A stretch of 41,249 nt of DNA from Bacteroidia bacterium (GCA_009930445.1 RZYD01000002.1:1-41249); one strand, 5' to 3'. Positions 24,754-34,229 are shown, numbered from the stretch's first letter. Program-made: numbers and translations. Notes: generated by a model from the letters alone, not told the origin.

Positions 24754-25323
24754 ATGAACCCCATCGATCTTCAAAAAACAGCGCTTAGAAAACAGATAAA
24801 AAAGCTGAAATCAGTACAAACGGAGCCGGAACGGATTACTGCATCAAATGATACTATCCACACCCTTGAAAAAACCGCTGTATTCCGTTCGGCAAAAACC
24901 GTTATGGCCTTCTGGTCGATGGAGGATGAAGTAGCCACCCACCAGGCAATAGTAAGATGGGCGGAAACAAAAACAATCATACTGCCCAGTGTAAAAGGCA
25001 GCATACTTGAATTACGCGTTTTCCATGGAACAGACCAAATGAAAACCGGCGAACAATTCGGAATAGCAGAACCTGAAAGCCCACCCTTTACCGACCTGGC
25101 GTCGATTGATCTGATCCTTGTGCCGGGGGTAGCTTTCGACCTTAACAACAACCGTATGGGCAGGGGGAAAGCATACTACGACCAATTACTCTGCGCGACA
25201 AAGGCCTTCAAAATGGGAATCGGTTTTGATTTCCAGTTACTGGAACAGATACCTGCCGCCAGCCATGATATCAGAATGAATCAAATTATCACCAACAAAC
25301 GTACAACAGTTATTCAGTTTTAA
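24754..25323 (+). CDS. 5-formyltetrahydrofolate cyclo-ligase
   Basis: The ORF is 189 aa and carries 'DLILVPGVAFDLNNNRMGRGKAYYD', the hallmark of the MTHFS family. Confidence 0.85.
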   Translation: MNPIDLQKTALRKQIKKLKSVQTEPERITASNDTIHTLEKTAVFRSAKTVMAFWSMEDEVATHQAIVRWAETKTIILPSVKGSILELRVFHGTDQMKTGEQFGIAEPESPPFTDLASIDLILVPGVAFDLNNNRMGRGKAYYDQLLCATKAFKMGIGFDFQLLEQIPAASHDIRMNQIITNKRTTVIQF

Positions 25324-26119
25324 AACCTACCAGGTGTTTCCGTTTTGCTTCTGCTTTTTCACGGGCGGTCAGGGAATGATTATAGTCATATAAAGCCCCT
25401 TCCCAGTCGCCGTAGGAAGGATTTGGGAGTACAAAAAACCGCCGCCCGAATTCATTTCGGTATTGATCGGTCAGTGCACGCCGAACCGCAGGCGGGACTT
25501 GTTCGAAATCCGGTAAAAAATCGTTCATATTATCCCCGAAAAGCATTATGATTTCATGCGTTTGCCCAACTTTTTCCCGGCGTGGTTCTTTTCCGTTTCC
25601 GTCGTGGCGAAGCAATACGGTCTCCTCCTTAACCCCGGGAAATCCCGCCAATTTAAGGTTTTGCAATGTAGGATTTCTGAATTCTTCCTTTCGGTTACTG
25701 ATATAAAAAACCGTAACACCCTGACGGTCGGCATAAGAAAGAAATTCAACTGCACCTGGAATTGCGCGGGCCGAGGCCTGCCCGATCCACGCGGCCCATC
25801 CAACAGGATAAAGCGTTGCATCAAGAATTGATTGAGCGGCATGCGGGCTGTTATCCAGCACAGTTTCATCAATATCAACAACAATAGCATACGGCTTCGA
25901 AACCTTCATGCGCCTAAGATAATTATCCAGCATAATCTGAGCCGAATTAAATGTCTGATAGCACAATGCCCGGTATTCTGCTGCTTTTTGCATATACAGT
26001 ACAGCCTTTATATTTTCATTGGAAAAATCCGGGTCAGCGACAACCGATTTCGACGGTGTCAGGGAATTACATCCTGATAGGAACAAAATAAGCAGAAAAT
26101 AAAAAAATATGTTTTTCAT
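25310..26119 (-). CDS. Lipoprotein e(P4)-family 5'-nucleotidase / class C acid phosphatase (HAD IIIB)
   Basis: It has the lipobox 'LFLSGCNS', HAD motif I 'VVDIDETVLDNSP' and motif IV 'FGDNMNDF'. Confidence 0.85.
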   Translation of the reverse strand: MKNIFFYFLLILFLSGCNSLTPSKSVVADPDFSNENIKAVLYMQKAAEYRALCYQTFNSAQIMLDNYLRRMKVSKPYAIVVDIDETVLDNSPHAAQSILDATLYPVGWAAWIGQASARAIPGAVEFLSYADRQGVTVFYISNRKEEFRNPTLQNLKLAGFPGVKEETVLLRHDGNGKEPRREKVGQTHEIIMLFGDNMNDFLPDFEQVPPAVRRALTDQYRNEFGRRFFVLPNPSYGDWEGALYDYNHSLTAREKAEAKRKHLVGFKTE

Positions 26120-26154
26120 CGGTAAGATTATTTGCGGGTAAAAATAACGCTTTT

Positions 26155-26191
26155 AAAATAAAAAAAGCCGCCTGAAGTCATCAGACGGCTT
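26155..26191 (-). terminator. Rho-independent terminator downstream of nifJ
   Basis: On the minus strand the stem is 'aagccgtctga' / 'tcaggcggctt' (one mismatch) with a 5-nt loop, followed by 'ttttttatttt'. Confidence 0.75.
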
Positions 26192-26209
26192 AATTAAAAA
26201 AAAATAAAT

Positions 26210-29200
26210 CTATTTTTCAAAATGCATAGCAGCCAAACGCAGGTAGCTTCGGTAGCGCCATTTTGCGTTTTCCTCTGCCGCAGCAAAAAGTTCAAATGCT
26301 TCTTCGGGGAATGACTTCATAAGAGAAGAATACCGGACTTCATTTTTCAGGAAAGATTGAAATTTGCTCCAATCCGGCTCTTTGCTATCGAGCGTAAAGG
26401 GGTTCTTTCCTTCATCTTCTAATGCAGGATTATAGCGATAAGTTTGCCAGTACCCACATTCTACAGCTAATTTCTCTTCCTCCTGTGATTTTCCCATACC
26501 GGCGCGTAGTCCATGGTTAATACAGGGAGAATAGGCAATAATGAGCGATGGTCCCGGATAGGCTTCTGCTTCACGTAAAGCTTTGAGCCACTGTGACTGA
26601 CTGGCACCCATCGCAACCTGAGCCACGTATACATAACCGTAGGTCATGGCCATAGCTCCGAGGTCTTTTTTACGGATCCGTTTTCCTGAAGCAGCAAATT
26701 TTGCAACAGCTGCAACCGGAGTTGATTTTGAAGACTGTCCGCCGGTATTTGAATATACTTCCGTATCCAAACACAGCACATTTACATCTTCACCACTGGC
26801 CAGCACATGGTCGAGACCGCCATATCCAATATCATAAGCCCAACCATCACCACCAAAAATCCAGAAGGATTTTTTTATAAGAAAATCTTTCAAATCCAAA
26901 ATTTCCTTTGCCACCCCATGCTTTTCCTTTTCCAGGGCAACGATTACTTTTTCAGCGGCGTTTTTCGATCCTTCTGCGTTATTTTTATTTTCAAGCCATT
27001 GGTTAAAGGCCGCTTTCGTGTCGGGGTTCACCTCCTCCAATGCAGCTTTCATGCGCAATTCGATACGTTCTCTGAGTTTGTTAACTCCGAGTGACATTCC
27101 CATGCCATATTCTGCATTATCTTCAAACAGTGAATTTGCCCAGGCTACCCCTTTTCCGTTTTTCTTTGTGGTGTAGGGTGTAGATGGAGCTGAACCACCA
27201 TATATGGAGGAACATCCTGTGGCATTGGCCACCATCATTCGTTCACCAAAAAGTTGCGTAATAAGCTTCACATAAGGCGTTTCGCCACATCCGGCACAAG
27301 CTCCGGAGAACTCAAACAACGGCTGCGCAAACTGGCTGTTTTTCACCGTTTGCTCTTTGGGGAGCAGCCAATCTTTATAGGTTACTTTTGTGGACATATA
27401 ATTCCAGTTTGGAATTTCATGTTCCTGCGTGCCGAGGTGTTTCAGTTCCAAGGCTTTTGTTTTGGAAGGACAAACATCAACACAGTTACCACATCCGGTA
27501 CAATCCAGTGGACTTACCTGAATACGGAACTGAAGACCAGAAAGGGCTTTTCCATTTGCCGGAATCGTTTTCGTTCCTTCCGGAAGGCCCTTCATCTCTT
27601 CCTCGTCGAGAAGGAATGGACGGATTGCAGCGTGAGGACATACAAAGGCGCACTGATTACACTGGATACAATTATCTGGAATCCATTCCGGAACACTGAC
27701 CGCGATACCCCGTTTTTCATATTCCGTGGTTCCTGAGGGGAACGTACCATCTTCACGACCGACAAATGCACTTACCGGAAGGTCATCGCCCTTCTGCGCA
27801 TTGATGGGATCTACTACGTTACGGATAAAGTCAGGACGAGAGGCATCGGTTACCACTTTTTCGACCGTTAATGAAGCCCATTCAGCAGGAATATCCACTT
27901 TTACTACCTGTCCGCCCAACTCAACGGCCTTATTGTTCATCTGTACAATTTCCTCACCTTTACGCCCAAAACTCTTCACAATGGCTTTTCGCATCTGTTC
28001 CACAGCCTGTTCGTAAGAAATTACTTTGGCGATTTTGAAGAATGCAGATTGCATAATTGTATTAATGCGATTTCCAAGCCCGATTTCCTCTGCAATGGCA
28101 GTGGCATTAATGATATAAAAATTAATAGCATTTTTTGCCATATAAATTTTCATGGAATTGGGAAGCCTGCGTTTGGTCTCTTCAACATCCCAAATAGAAT
28201 TAAAGAGGAAAGTGCCGCCTTTACGAAGCCCTTTGAGCATATCATACTTATCCAGGTAAGAGGGCACATGACATGCAACAAAGTCAGCAATATTTACATA
28301 ATATGTAGAGCGAATGGGATGATCACCAAAACGAAGGTGTGAAACAGTAAATCCACCCGACTTTTTAGAGTCATACTGAAAATACCCCTGACAATACTTA
28401 TCGGTGGTTTCGCCAATAATTTTGATTGAATTTTTATTTGCCCCCACTGTACCGTCAGAGCCAATGCCAAAAAACTTAGCCTGAAAAGTACCGGCAGCGG
28501 TCACATCGATATCATCGAGCAGAGGCAGCGAGGTAAAGGTAACATCATCAATAATTCCGAGTGTAAAATGATTTTTCGGTTCGGCCATCTGTAGATTTTC
28601 GAAAACAGAAAGAATCATTGCCGGCGTAGTATCTTTGGAAGAGAGACCATAGCGTCCGCCAATAATCATCGGACGCTCATTTTCAGGCTTTTCATAGAAA
28701 AGATCACGCACATCAAGATAGAGCGGTTCGCCCGTAGCTCCGGGTTCTTTGGTACGGTCGAGTACCGCAATTCGTTTTACACTATCCGGGAACACATTGA
28801 AAAAATACTTAGCAGAAAAAGGGCGGTAGAGGTGGCAGGTGATAAGGCCTACTTTGCTGCCTTTCCCCTGTAAATAATCGATGACTTCTTTCGCGACTTC
28901 AGTAACTGAAGCCATTGCGATCAGGATATGTTCGGCTTCCGGGTGTCCATAATAGGTAAACGGGTGATATTCACGGCCGGTAAGCTTCGACATTTCCTGC
29001 ATATAGGAATCGACTACATCCGGTACCACATCATAAAATTTATTAACCGACTCTTTGGCCTGGAAAAATATATCAGGGTTCTGAGCAGTTCCCCGGGTTA
29101 CCGGATGCTCCGGATTCAGAGAATTATCCCGGAAAGATTGAATAGCGTTCCAGTCGACCAGCTTTTTCATAGCTTCCGTATCCAGCGCTTCTATTTTTTG

Positions 29201-29746
29201 TATTTCGTGAGAAGAACGGAATCCATCGAAGAAGTGAAGAAATGGAATACGGGTTTTTATCGCGGTAAGATGCGCTACGCCGGCCAAATCCATTATCTGC
29301 TGAACACTGCCGCTCGACAACATGGCAAAACCAGTCTGACGGGTTGCATAAATATCGCTGTGATCACCGAAAATAGATAAGGCATGTGCTGCAACAGAAC
29401 GTGCGCTAACATGAAAAACTGCAGGGAGTAATTCACCCGCAATTTTATACATATTCGGGATCATCAGTAATAATCCCTGAGAAGCAGTATATGTAGACGT
29501 TAAGGCTCCGGCCTGGAGTGAACCATGTACAGCACCTGATGCACCGCCTTCCGACTGCATTTCACATACGCGAACAGTCTCGCCAAAAATATTTTTTCTT
29601 CCGTGTGCAGCCCATTCATCCACATACTCTGCCATATTGGATGAGGGTGTGATAGGGTAAATTGCAGCGACTTCGCTAAACATATAGGCAATGTGCGAAG
29701 CGGCCATGTTACCATCACAAGTGATGAAATTCTTTTTATTTGTCAT
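26210..29746 (-). CDS. nifJ: Pyruvate:ferredoxin (flavodoxin) oxidoreductase, single-chain
   Basis: The ORF is 1178 aa. It begins 'ITCDGNMAASHIAYMFSEVAAIYPITPSS', has two 4Fe-4S motifs ('CIQCNQCAFVCPHA' and 'CTGCGNCVDVCP') and a TPP-binding region ('GGDGWAYDIGYGGLDHV'). Confidence 0.95.
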   Translation of the reverse strand: MTNKKNFITCDGNMAASHIAYMFSEVAAIYPITPSSNMAEYVDEWAAHGRKNIFGETVRVCEMQSEGGASGAVHGSLQAGALTSTYTASQGLLLMIPNMYKIAGELLPAVFHVSARSVAAHALSIFGDHSDIYATRQTGFAMLSSGSVQQIMDLAGVAHLTAIKTRIPFLHFFDGFRSSHEIQKIEALDTEAMKKLVDWNAIQSFRDNSLNPEHPVTRGTAQNPDIFFQAKESVNKFYDVVPDVVDSYMQEMSKLTGREYHPFTYYGHPEAEHILIAMASVTEVAKEVIDYLQGKGSKVGLITCHLYRPFSAKYFFNVFPDSVKRIAVLDRTKEPGATGEPLYLDVRDLFYEKPENERPMIIGGRYGLSSKDTTPAMILSVFENLQMAEPKNHFTLGIIDDVTFTSLPLLDDIDVTAAGTFQAKFFGIGSDGTVGANKNSIKIIGETTDKYCQGYFQYDSKKSGGFTVSHLRFGDHPIRSTYYVNIADFVACHVPSYLDKYDMLKGLRKGGTFLFNSIWDVEETKRRLPNSMKIYMAKNAINFYIINATAIAEEIGLGNRINTIMQSAFFKIAKVISYEQAVEQMRKAIVKSFGRKGEEIVQMNNKAVELGGQVVKVDIPAEWASLTVEKVVTDASRPDFIRNVVDPINAQKGDDLPVSAFVGREDGTFPSGTTEYEKRGIAVSVPEWIPDNCIQCNQCAFVCPHAAIRPFLLDEEEMKGLPEGTKTIPANGKALSGLQFRIQVSPLDCTGCGNCVDVCPSKTKALELKHLGTQEHEIPNWNYMSTKVTYKDWLLPKEQTVKNSQFAQPLFEFSGACAGCGETPYVKLITQLFGERMMVANATGCSSIYGGSAPSTPYTTKKNGKGVAWANSLFEDNAEYGMGMSLGVNKLRERIELRMKAALEEVNPDTKAAFNQWLENKNNAEGSKNAAEKVIVALEKEKHGVAKEILDLKDFLIKKSFWIFGGDGWAYDIGYGGLDHVLASGEDVNVLCLDTEVYSNTGGQSSKSTPVAAVAKFAASGKRIRKKDLGAMAMTYGYVYVAQVAMGASQSQWLKALREAEAYPGPSLIIAYSPCINHGLRAGMGKSQEEEKLAVECGYWQTYRYNPALEDEGKNPFTLDSKEPDWSKFQSFLKNEVRYSSLMKSFPEEAFELFAAAEENAKWRYRSYLRLAAMHFEK

Positions 29747-30060
29747 AGTGTGAATTATTAAAATTCCTAATTATTAAGCCTTTAGGGTAACCTCACAAAT
29801 TTTGGGGCGAAATTATAAATTTTAACCCGATTTTCCCTATTTATTCGCCGAAAGGATTCCTTTTTAGCAGTAATTTAAAATGATTCTAAATTAAAACGAT
29901 TGCAATTGATTATGAACTATTTACAATACTCTCTCCAGCGTATAGAATAAAACAATTAACCAAAAAAAAAGATATAGATAGGGCATCCAGGATAAAAGAT
30001 AAAAAAATCCGGGTGAAGAAAAGCCGGAACAGAAAACAGCAGTAATCCCATGGATTTTGC

Positions 30061-30068
30061 TAATTTTG
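30061..30068 (+). promoter_or_regulatory. Candidate -7 box (TAATTTTG) for sdaA
   Basis: It matches TAnnTTTG and lies 33 nt upstream of the ATG at 30101. Confidence 0.5.
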
Positions 30069-30100
30069 CCTGTGGATAGGAACACAAAAACCTGAAAGGA

Positions 30101-31297
30101 ATGGAATCAATAAAAACCATTTTCAAAATCGGATATGGGCCCTCAAGCAGCCATACCATGGGACCCGGAAGGGCAGCGCAGCATTTCAAAGAGCAAACGG
30201 AAGCATCGGCATACGAAGTCACTTTATACGGATCACTGGCGGCTACAGGCAAGGGGCATCTCACCGATGAGGCCATCGAAAGGGTTTTGGGAGCTGAAAG
30301 GACTACAATCCACTGGCATCCGGAAATTTTCCTGCAGCAGCACCCCAACGCACTCAGGCTGGATGCCCTCAACCCTGACGGAAGCCTGATCACTTCGGAA
30401 ACCTGGTATAGTACAGGAGGTGGGGAAATCACAATGACTCCCGGGAGAAAAAACGTAAACTCCATTTACGGACTGCATACAATGAATGATATATTACAAT
30501 GGTGCCAGAAGAAGGGGAAAAACATCTGGGAGTATGTAGGCGAACGGGAGGATGCGGATATCTGGCAGTATTTGGATGGGGTATGGGCGGTAATGAAGCA
30601 GGCAGTAAAAAACGGGCTCGATCACGAAAGCAGGCTTCCAGGGCCGCTAAACGTAGCCAGAAAAGCCTCATCGTATTTCACAAAAGCACAGTCGCAGAGT
30701 ACGCAATACCAAATCAGGACCCAACTTTTCGCTTATGCCCTGGCGGTTGCAGAAGAAAATGCATCAGGGGGCAAAATTGTAACAGCACCCACCTGCGGTT
30801 CGTGTGGCGTTGTGCCGGCCGTATTTTATCTTTTGGAAGACATTCATCATTTCAATAAAAAAAGAATTTTACATGCCTTGGCCACTGCAGGGTTAATTGG
30901 CAATTTAATCCGCTTTAATGCATCGATATCAGGAGCAGAGGTAGGTTGTCAGGGAGAAATCGGAACCGCTTGTGCCATGGCGGCTGGAGCAGCAACGCAG
31001 CTCTTTGGCGGCACACCGGCTCAGGTAGAATACGCTGCGGAAATGGGGCTTGAACATCATTTAGGGCTCACGTGCGACCCGGTGATGGGCCTGGTGCAGA
31101 TTCCGTGTATTGAAAGAAACGCTTTCGCTGCAGCCCGAGCACTGGACGCCAAAGAATATGCACTCCTTTCCGATGGTATTCACCGCGTAAGTTTCGACCG
31201 CGTAGTGGAAGTAATGAAAGAAACCGGGCATGATATCCCGGCGCTGTATCGGGAAACAGGATTAGGCGGACTGGCAAAAAAACAAAAACCGTCTTGA
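30101..31297 (+). CDS. sdaA: L-serine ammonia-lyase (iron-sulfur dependent, single chain)
   Basis: The ORF is 398 aa. It shows 'FKIGYGPSSSHTMGPGRAA', 'TAPTCGSCGV' and 'GCQGEIGTACAMAA'. Confidence 0.9.
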   Translation: MESIKTIFKIGYGPSSSHTMGPGRAAQHFKEQTEASAYEVTLYGSLAATGKGHLTDEAIERVLGAERTTIHWHPEIFLQQHPNALRLDALNPDGSLITSETWYSTGGGEITMTPGRKNVNSIYGLHTMNDILQWCQKKGKNIWEYVGEREDADIWQYLDGVWAVMKQAVKNGLDHESRLPGPLNVARKASSYFTKAQSQSTQYQIRTQLFAYALAVAEENASGGKIVTAPTCGSCGVVPAVFYLLEDIHHFNKKRILHALATAGLIGNLIRFNASISGAEVGCQGEIGTACAMAAGAATQLFGGTPAQVEYAAEMGLEHHLGLTCDPVMGLVQIPCIERNAFAAARALDAKEYALLSDGIHRVSFDRVVEVMKETGHDIPALYRETGLGGLAKKQKPS

Positions 31298-31350
31298 AAA
31301 ACTAATTTCAAAACGGCCTCAAGTGTATGAATATGTGGAATGTAATGGTT

Positions 31351-32109
31351 CTATTGTTCTAGTTTTTCGAGGATTTTTTCGGCATCGGCTTTATAAAATC
31401 CGTCTTCTTCATTGGCAATACGCAAGAGTTGAATCCGGGCCTCACTGGTTTTTTCCTGTTTTAGATAACACAAAGCCAGGTACCATTCAGCATGTTCAAC
31501 ATAAAGGTTGTCGTTATTTTCAATAATATAGTTAAAAGCCTCAATGGCTTTATCGTATTTTTCAGTTTCAATATACGATATGCCGCTATAAAAACGCAAT
31601 GCAATATTATCTGACTCTTTCGCCAGAATTTGTTCAAACATTTGTGATGCGGCTTCAAATTCTTTTTTCTGGAATTTCATCAGGGCTTCCACGATATTTA
31701 CATTTCCTCTTCCCGACCGGTTAACAATCAATGCTTTATCGGGTTGATAATACATTTTAAACAACTTATCCGCTGTATAGGAACGAGGTGTAAGTGTTAG
31801 CACTCCGGCGGTAATCAGTACACCCATTCCGGCTGCGGCTGCCACATATTTCAGATTCGAACGCATCAGTTCAATCACGGGCGACAACGGGATTGTTTTC
31901 CGGTTTGAGCGATGCAGTGCGTCGAGTTTATGTTTAAGATCCAGAATATCTTCTTCCTGGAGCACTGAGGTCAATTCCTGCTCAAGGGCAATTTCCTTAA
32001 ACAGGGAATTGTCTTTCACCAAAAGGGACTCAAACTGCTTCATTTCCTTTGCTGTCATCACACCTTTTAAGTACCGCTCTAATTGTTCCTGAATGTTATT
32101 TTTCTTCAT
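31351..32109 (-). CDS. Anti-sigma factor-like membrane protein with a C-terminal (periplasmic) TPR domain
   Basis: The ORF is 252 aa. Its start overlaps the sigma-gene stop by 14 nt, which suggests translational coupling. The N-terminus 'LERYLKGVMTAKEMKQFE' is typical of Bacteroidota anti-sigma N-termini. There is one TM, 'YVAAAAGMGVLITAGVLTL', followed by TPR-like repeats ('YSGISYIETEKYDKAIEAFNYII', 'WYLALCYLKQEKTSEA'). Confidence 0.7.
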   Translation of the reverse strand: MKKNNIQEQLERYLKGVMTAKEMKQFESLLVKDNSLFKEIALEQELTSVLQEEDILDLKHKLDALHRSNRKTIPLSPVIELMRSNLKYVAAAAGMGVLITAGVLTLTPRSYTADKLFKMYYQPDKALIVNRSGRGNVNIVEALMKFQKKEFEAASQMFEQILAKESDNIALRFYSGISYIETEKYDKAIEAFNYIIENNDNLYVEHAEWYLALCYLKQEKTSEARIQLLRIANEEDGFYKADAEKILEKLEQ

Positions 32110-32698
32110 CGTCTGCTAATGCTTTATATAAGGGGTCGTTTTTTATTCGTGCTTTTAATAATTCCTTGCATTGATATTTGCGTGCTTTTGCGTAATCGTC
32201 GCTTTTGTATTGCATTTGTTCTGCGATTTCATTCACATTGAACCCCTGGGCAAACAGTTCAAGAATCCGTTGACAATCGGGAGATAGCGAACTAAAATGA
32301 CGAAGATAAATTCGTTTCCGCTCTTCCGAAGGCTCAACGATTTCATAATCAATATCTGCAGACAGATTGGCGTATTCTTCGGTATCGTTGATCCGGATAG
32401 TAGTCCACTGTCGTTTATTTAATCGCTGCAGCCAAAGATTTCGGCACACGCTGTAAAAGAACGTTTTAAATGAGCAGCTTAATTTAAGTTCTTCATTTCT
32501 GATTCGCTTATAAATAATAATCATTGCATCCTGAAATAAATCTTCCGCATCTTCGTCCGTTCCGGAATTTCTATTGACTAAATTGATAATACAATCAATA
32601 TAATTTCGATAAATTGCGGAAATGATCACATTTCTCCGTTGTCTGAGCCCCTCAATATAATCCTGATCACTATAAATTTCTTTTGCTCTCTTATTCAT
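32096..32698 (-). CDS. ECF-type RNA polymerase sigma-70 family factor
   Basis: The ORF is 200 aa. The region 2-like segment reads 'DAEDLFQDAMIIIYKRI...FKTFFYSVCRNLWLQRL'. The region 4 HTH reads 'LSPDCQRILELFAQGFNVNEIAEQMQY'. Confidence 0.85.
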   Translation of the reverse strand: MNKRAKEIYSDQDYIEGLRQRRNVIISAIYRNYIDCIINLVNRNSGTDEDAEDLFQDAMIIIYKRIRNEELKLSCSFKTFFYSVCRNLWLQRLNKRQWTTIRINDTEEYANLSADIDYEIVEPSEERKRIYLRHFSSLSPDCQRILELFAQGFNVNEIAEQMQYKSDDYAKARKYQCKELLKARIKNDPLYKALADDEEK

Positions 32699-32722
32699 CC
32701 GATTTTATTCAAAAGGTAATAC
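32696..32722 (-). repeat. Left arm of a 27-bp imperfect inverted repeat; it overlaps the sigma start codon
   Basis: The minus strand reads 'GTATTACCTTTTGAATAAAATCGGATG'. It matches the plus strand at 32876-32902 at 23 of 27 positions by my manual alignment. Confidence 0.7.
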
Positions 32723-32830
32723 AAAAAAAATGATTTTTTTTAATAAAAATGCTAACAAAAACCATAATCGACTATAAGTCAGAGAAATACTCCGGCTCCC
32801 GTTTTTTTATAAAGCGTTAAGATAAAACAT

Positions 32831-32838
32831 TATCTTTG
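32831..32838 (+). promoter_or_regulatory. Candidate -7 box (TATCTTTG) for the T9SS cohesin/dockerin gene
   Basis: It matches TAnnTTTG and lies 135 nt upstream of the ATG at 32973. The palindrome at 32871-32887 sits between this box and the ATG. Confidence 0.4.
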
Positions 32839-32870
32839 GCTTAAAGGATTTTTTAAAAAAAAATGTCCTC

Positions 32871-32887
32871 AAAAGGTATTACCTTTT
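32871..32887. promoter_or_regulatory. Perfect 17-bp palindrome AAAAGGTA-T-TACCTTTT, a candidate operator
   Basis: Read directly from the sequence: 8-bp arms around a single central base. Its half-site recurs at 32711-32722. Confidence 0.45.
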
Positions 32888-32902
32888 AAAAAAAAACGGA
32901 TT
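32876..32902 (+). repeat. Right arm of the 27-bp imperfect inverted repeat
   Basis: The plus strand reads 'GTATTACCTTTTAAAAAAAAACGGATT'. It pairs with the 32696-32722 feature. Confidence 0.7.
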
Positions 32903-32972
32903 AAAGGTACAGACATTGTTAAGGTCTCAAACCACAATGTTTTGCGATGTTAAAAATATAAAAAAATACAAA

Positions 32973-34229
32973 ATGAAAAAACTGTACACTTTATTAACCT
33001 CATCTCTCCTTGTTGCAATAACATTTTTATCCCTGTCCGTATCCGCACAAAATACTTTTTACGGCAATATTTTCTATCACGGTGATCCTACCCAACCCAT
33101 ACCGGGTATTACAGTAAGTATGTCCAACCCGGATTTTTCGTTCACGGCGGAAGTGATAACGGATCAGGATGGATTTTTTACAATCAACAATATCCCCGCC
33201 GGAACTTTCACCGTTACCGCTGAAACCACCCTTTCTGCCGGAGGAATTGATCTGGCGGATGCCTATCTGGTCATGCTCCATCTTTTCAACCTCCTATCCC
33301 TCGATGACTACCAGGCTGCCGCGGCTGATGTGAATGCCAACGGGTTTATCGACTGGGGTGATTACTGGGATATCCTCATTGGCTGGATTATGTACAGCAA
33401 TCCCTTCCAAAATGATGAATGGCTATTTGATACACAAGAAATTACATTCCAGCCGGTTAAAGATGGCGGAACTACCATAGGCAGTGAACTGGGAGCCACT
33501 TGTACCGGGGATATAAACGGCACCTGGATTCCCGACGAAAAATCATCCGGAACGTACCTCCTCAATAATGAAACCGTTACAATTTTTCCGGGAGAAACCC
33601 GTGATATTACATTTACCGCCTCCAATACCCTTACCGTTGCCGGGCTGTATATTGGCATTCAATATAACCCTGCCGTACTAACAATTCAGGGCTATGAAAC
33701 CACGCCGGAAGCCATGGAATACAACACCATTGAAACACCGGGGCTGCTTGGCTTTCACTGGATGACTAACCCGCAGATGGAACTGCTCACGCTGAAAAAA
33801 AACGACCCGGTGATCACCCTCACCGTTACGGTTGCTGAAAATGCAACGCCTCAAACCATTACTTTTACCCTCGACGAGGAATCTAACTATATCAGCGCTT
33901 CGGGTAAAACACTAAAAAGCAACCCGCTTTTTGCACAATCACTGGAAGTACTAAAAAATGAAAATACAACCACGATCAATGAAACCAGCGACAGGGTTTC
34001 TCTCTATCCCAATCCCGCATCGGAATACTTAATTGTTGGGACACATAACCTAAACCAGAAAATTGTTATTCATGACATGACCGGAAAAACAGTATGTGAT
34101 GCCTCCCTGACAACACTACAAACGCGGTTAAACGTAAGCAGTTTTAAGCCGGGCTACTACTTTTATCAGATTATTAATAAGGATGACGGAACGATCGATC
34201 ATTCAGGGAAATTAGCCGTTACCCGATAA
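32973..34229 (+). CDS. T9SS-secreted protein with CarboxypepD_reg-like, dockerin-like and cohesin-like modules
   Basis: I moved the start to the ATG at 32973, giving 'MKKLYTLLTSSLLVAITFLSLSVSAQ'. 'GITVSMSNPDFSFTAEVITDQDGFFTINNIPAGTFTV' is CarboxypepD_reg-like. 'AAADVNANGFIDWGDY' is a dockerin/EF-hand-type Ca loop. 'VAGLYIGIQYNPAVLTIQGYE' is cohesin-like. The T9SS tail reads 'VSLYPNPASEYLIV...GYYFYQIIN...GKLAVTR'. Confidence 0.7.
   Translation: MKKLYTLLTSSLLVAITFLSLSVSAQNTFYGNIFYHGDPTQPIPGITVSMSNPDFSFTAEVITDQDGFFTINNIPAGTFTVTAETTLSAGGIDLADAYLVMLHLFNLLSLDDYQAAAADVNANGFIDWGDYWDILIGWIMYSNPFQNDEWLFDTQEITFQPVKDGGTTIGSELGATCTGDINGTWIPDEKSSGTYLLNNETVTIFPGETRDITFTASNTLTVAGLYIGIQYNPAVLTIQGYETTPEAMEYNTIETPGLLGFHWMTNPQMELLTLKKNDPVITLTVTVAENATPQTITFTLDEESNYISASGKTLKSNPLFAQSLEVLKNENTTTINETSDRVSLYPNPASEYLIVGTHNLNQKIVIHDMTGKTVCDASLTTLQTRLNVSSFKPGYYFYQIINKDDGTIDHSGKLAVTR

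Noticed and set aside
24771-25151. A 126-aa minus-strand ORF antisense to the 5-formyl-THF cyclo-ligase gene. The same applies to 25546-25890 and 25556-25831 within the phosphatase gene, and to 37926-38345 and 38176-38688 within mutS2.
   Set aside because: All of them lie fully inside well-supported genes on the opposite strand or in another frame, and none has a recognisable motif.
27254-27736. 160-aa and 103-aa plus-strand ORFs inside nifJ
   Set aside because: They are antisense to a 1178-aa PFOR gene with unmistakable motifs. Their translations show no domain-like features. They are shadow ORFs.
29796-29803. An AAAATTTG near-match to the -7 box (minus strand) upstream of nifJ
   Set aside because: It has one mismatch at the conserved first T, and I have no supporting evidence. 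It is too weak to list as a feature.
29956-30465. A 169-aa minus-strand ORF that spans the nifJ-sdaA intergenic region and the 5' end of sdaA
   Set aside because: It overlaps the strongly supported sdaA CDS in antisense. Its sequence is Cys/Pro/Ser-rich and low in complexity with no recognisable motif. The sdaA promoter box lies within it. It is most likely a spurious ORF.
31298-31350. The convergent sdaA / anti-sigma intergenic region, considered as a possible terminator or small RNA
   Set aside because: I found no stable stem-loop or U-tract in the 53 nt.
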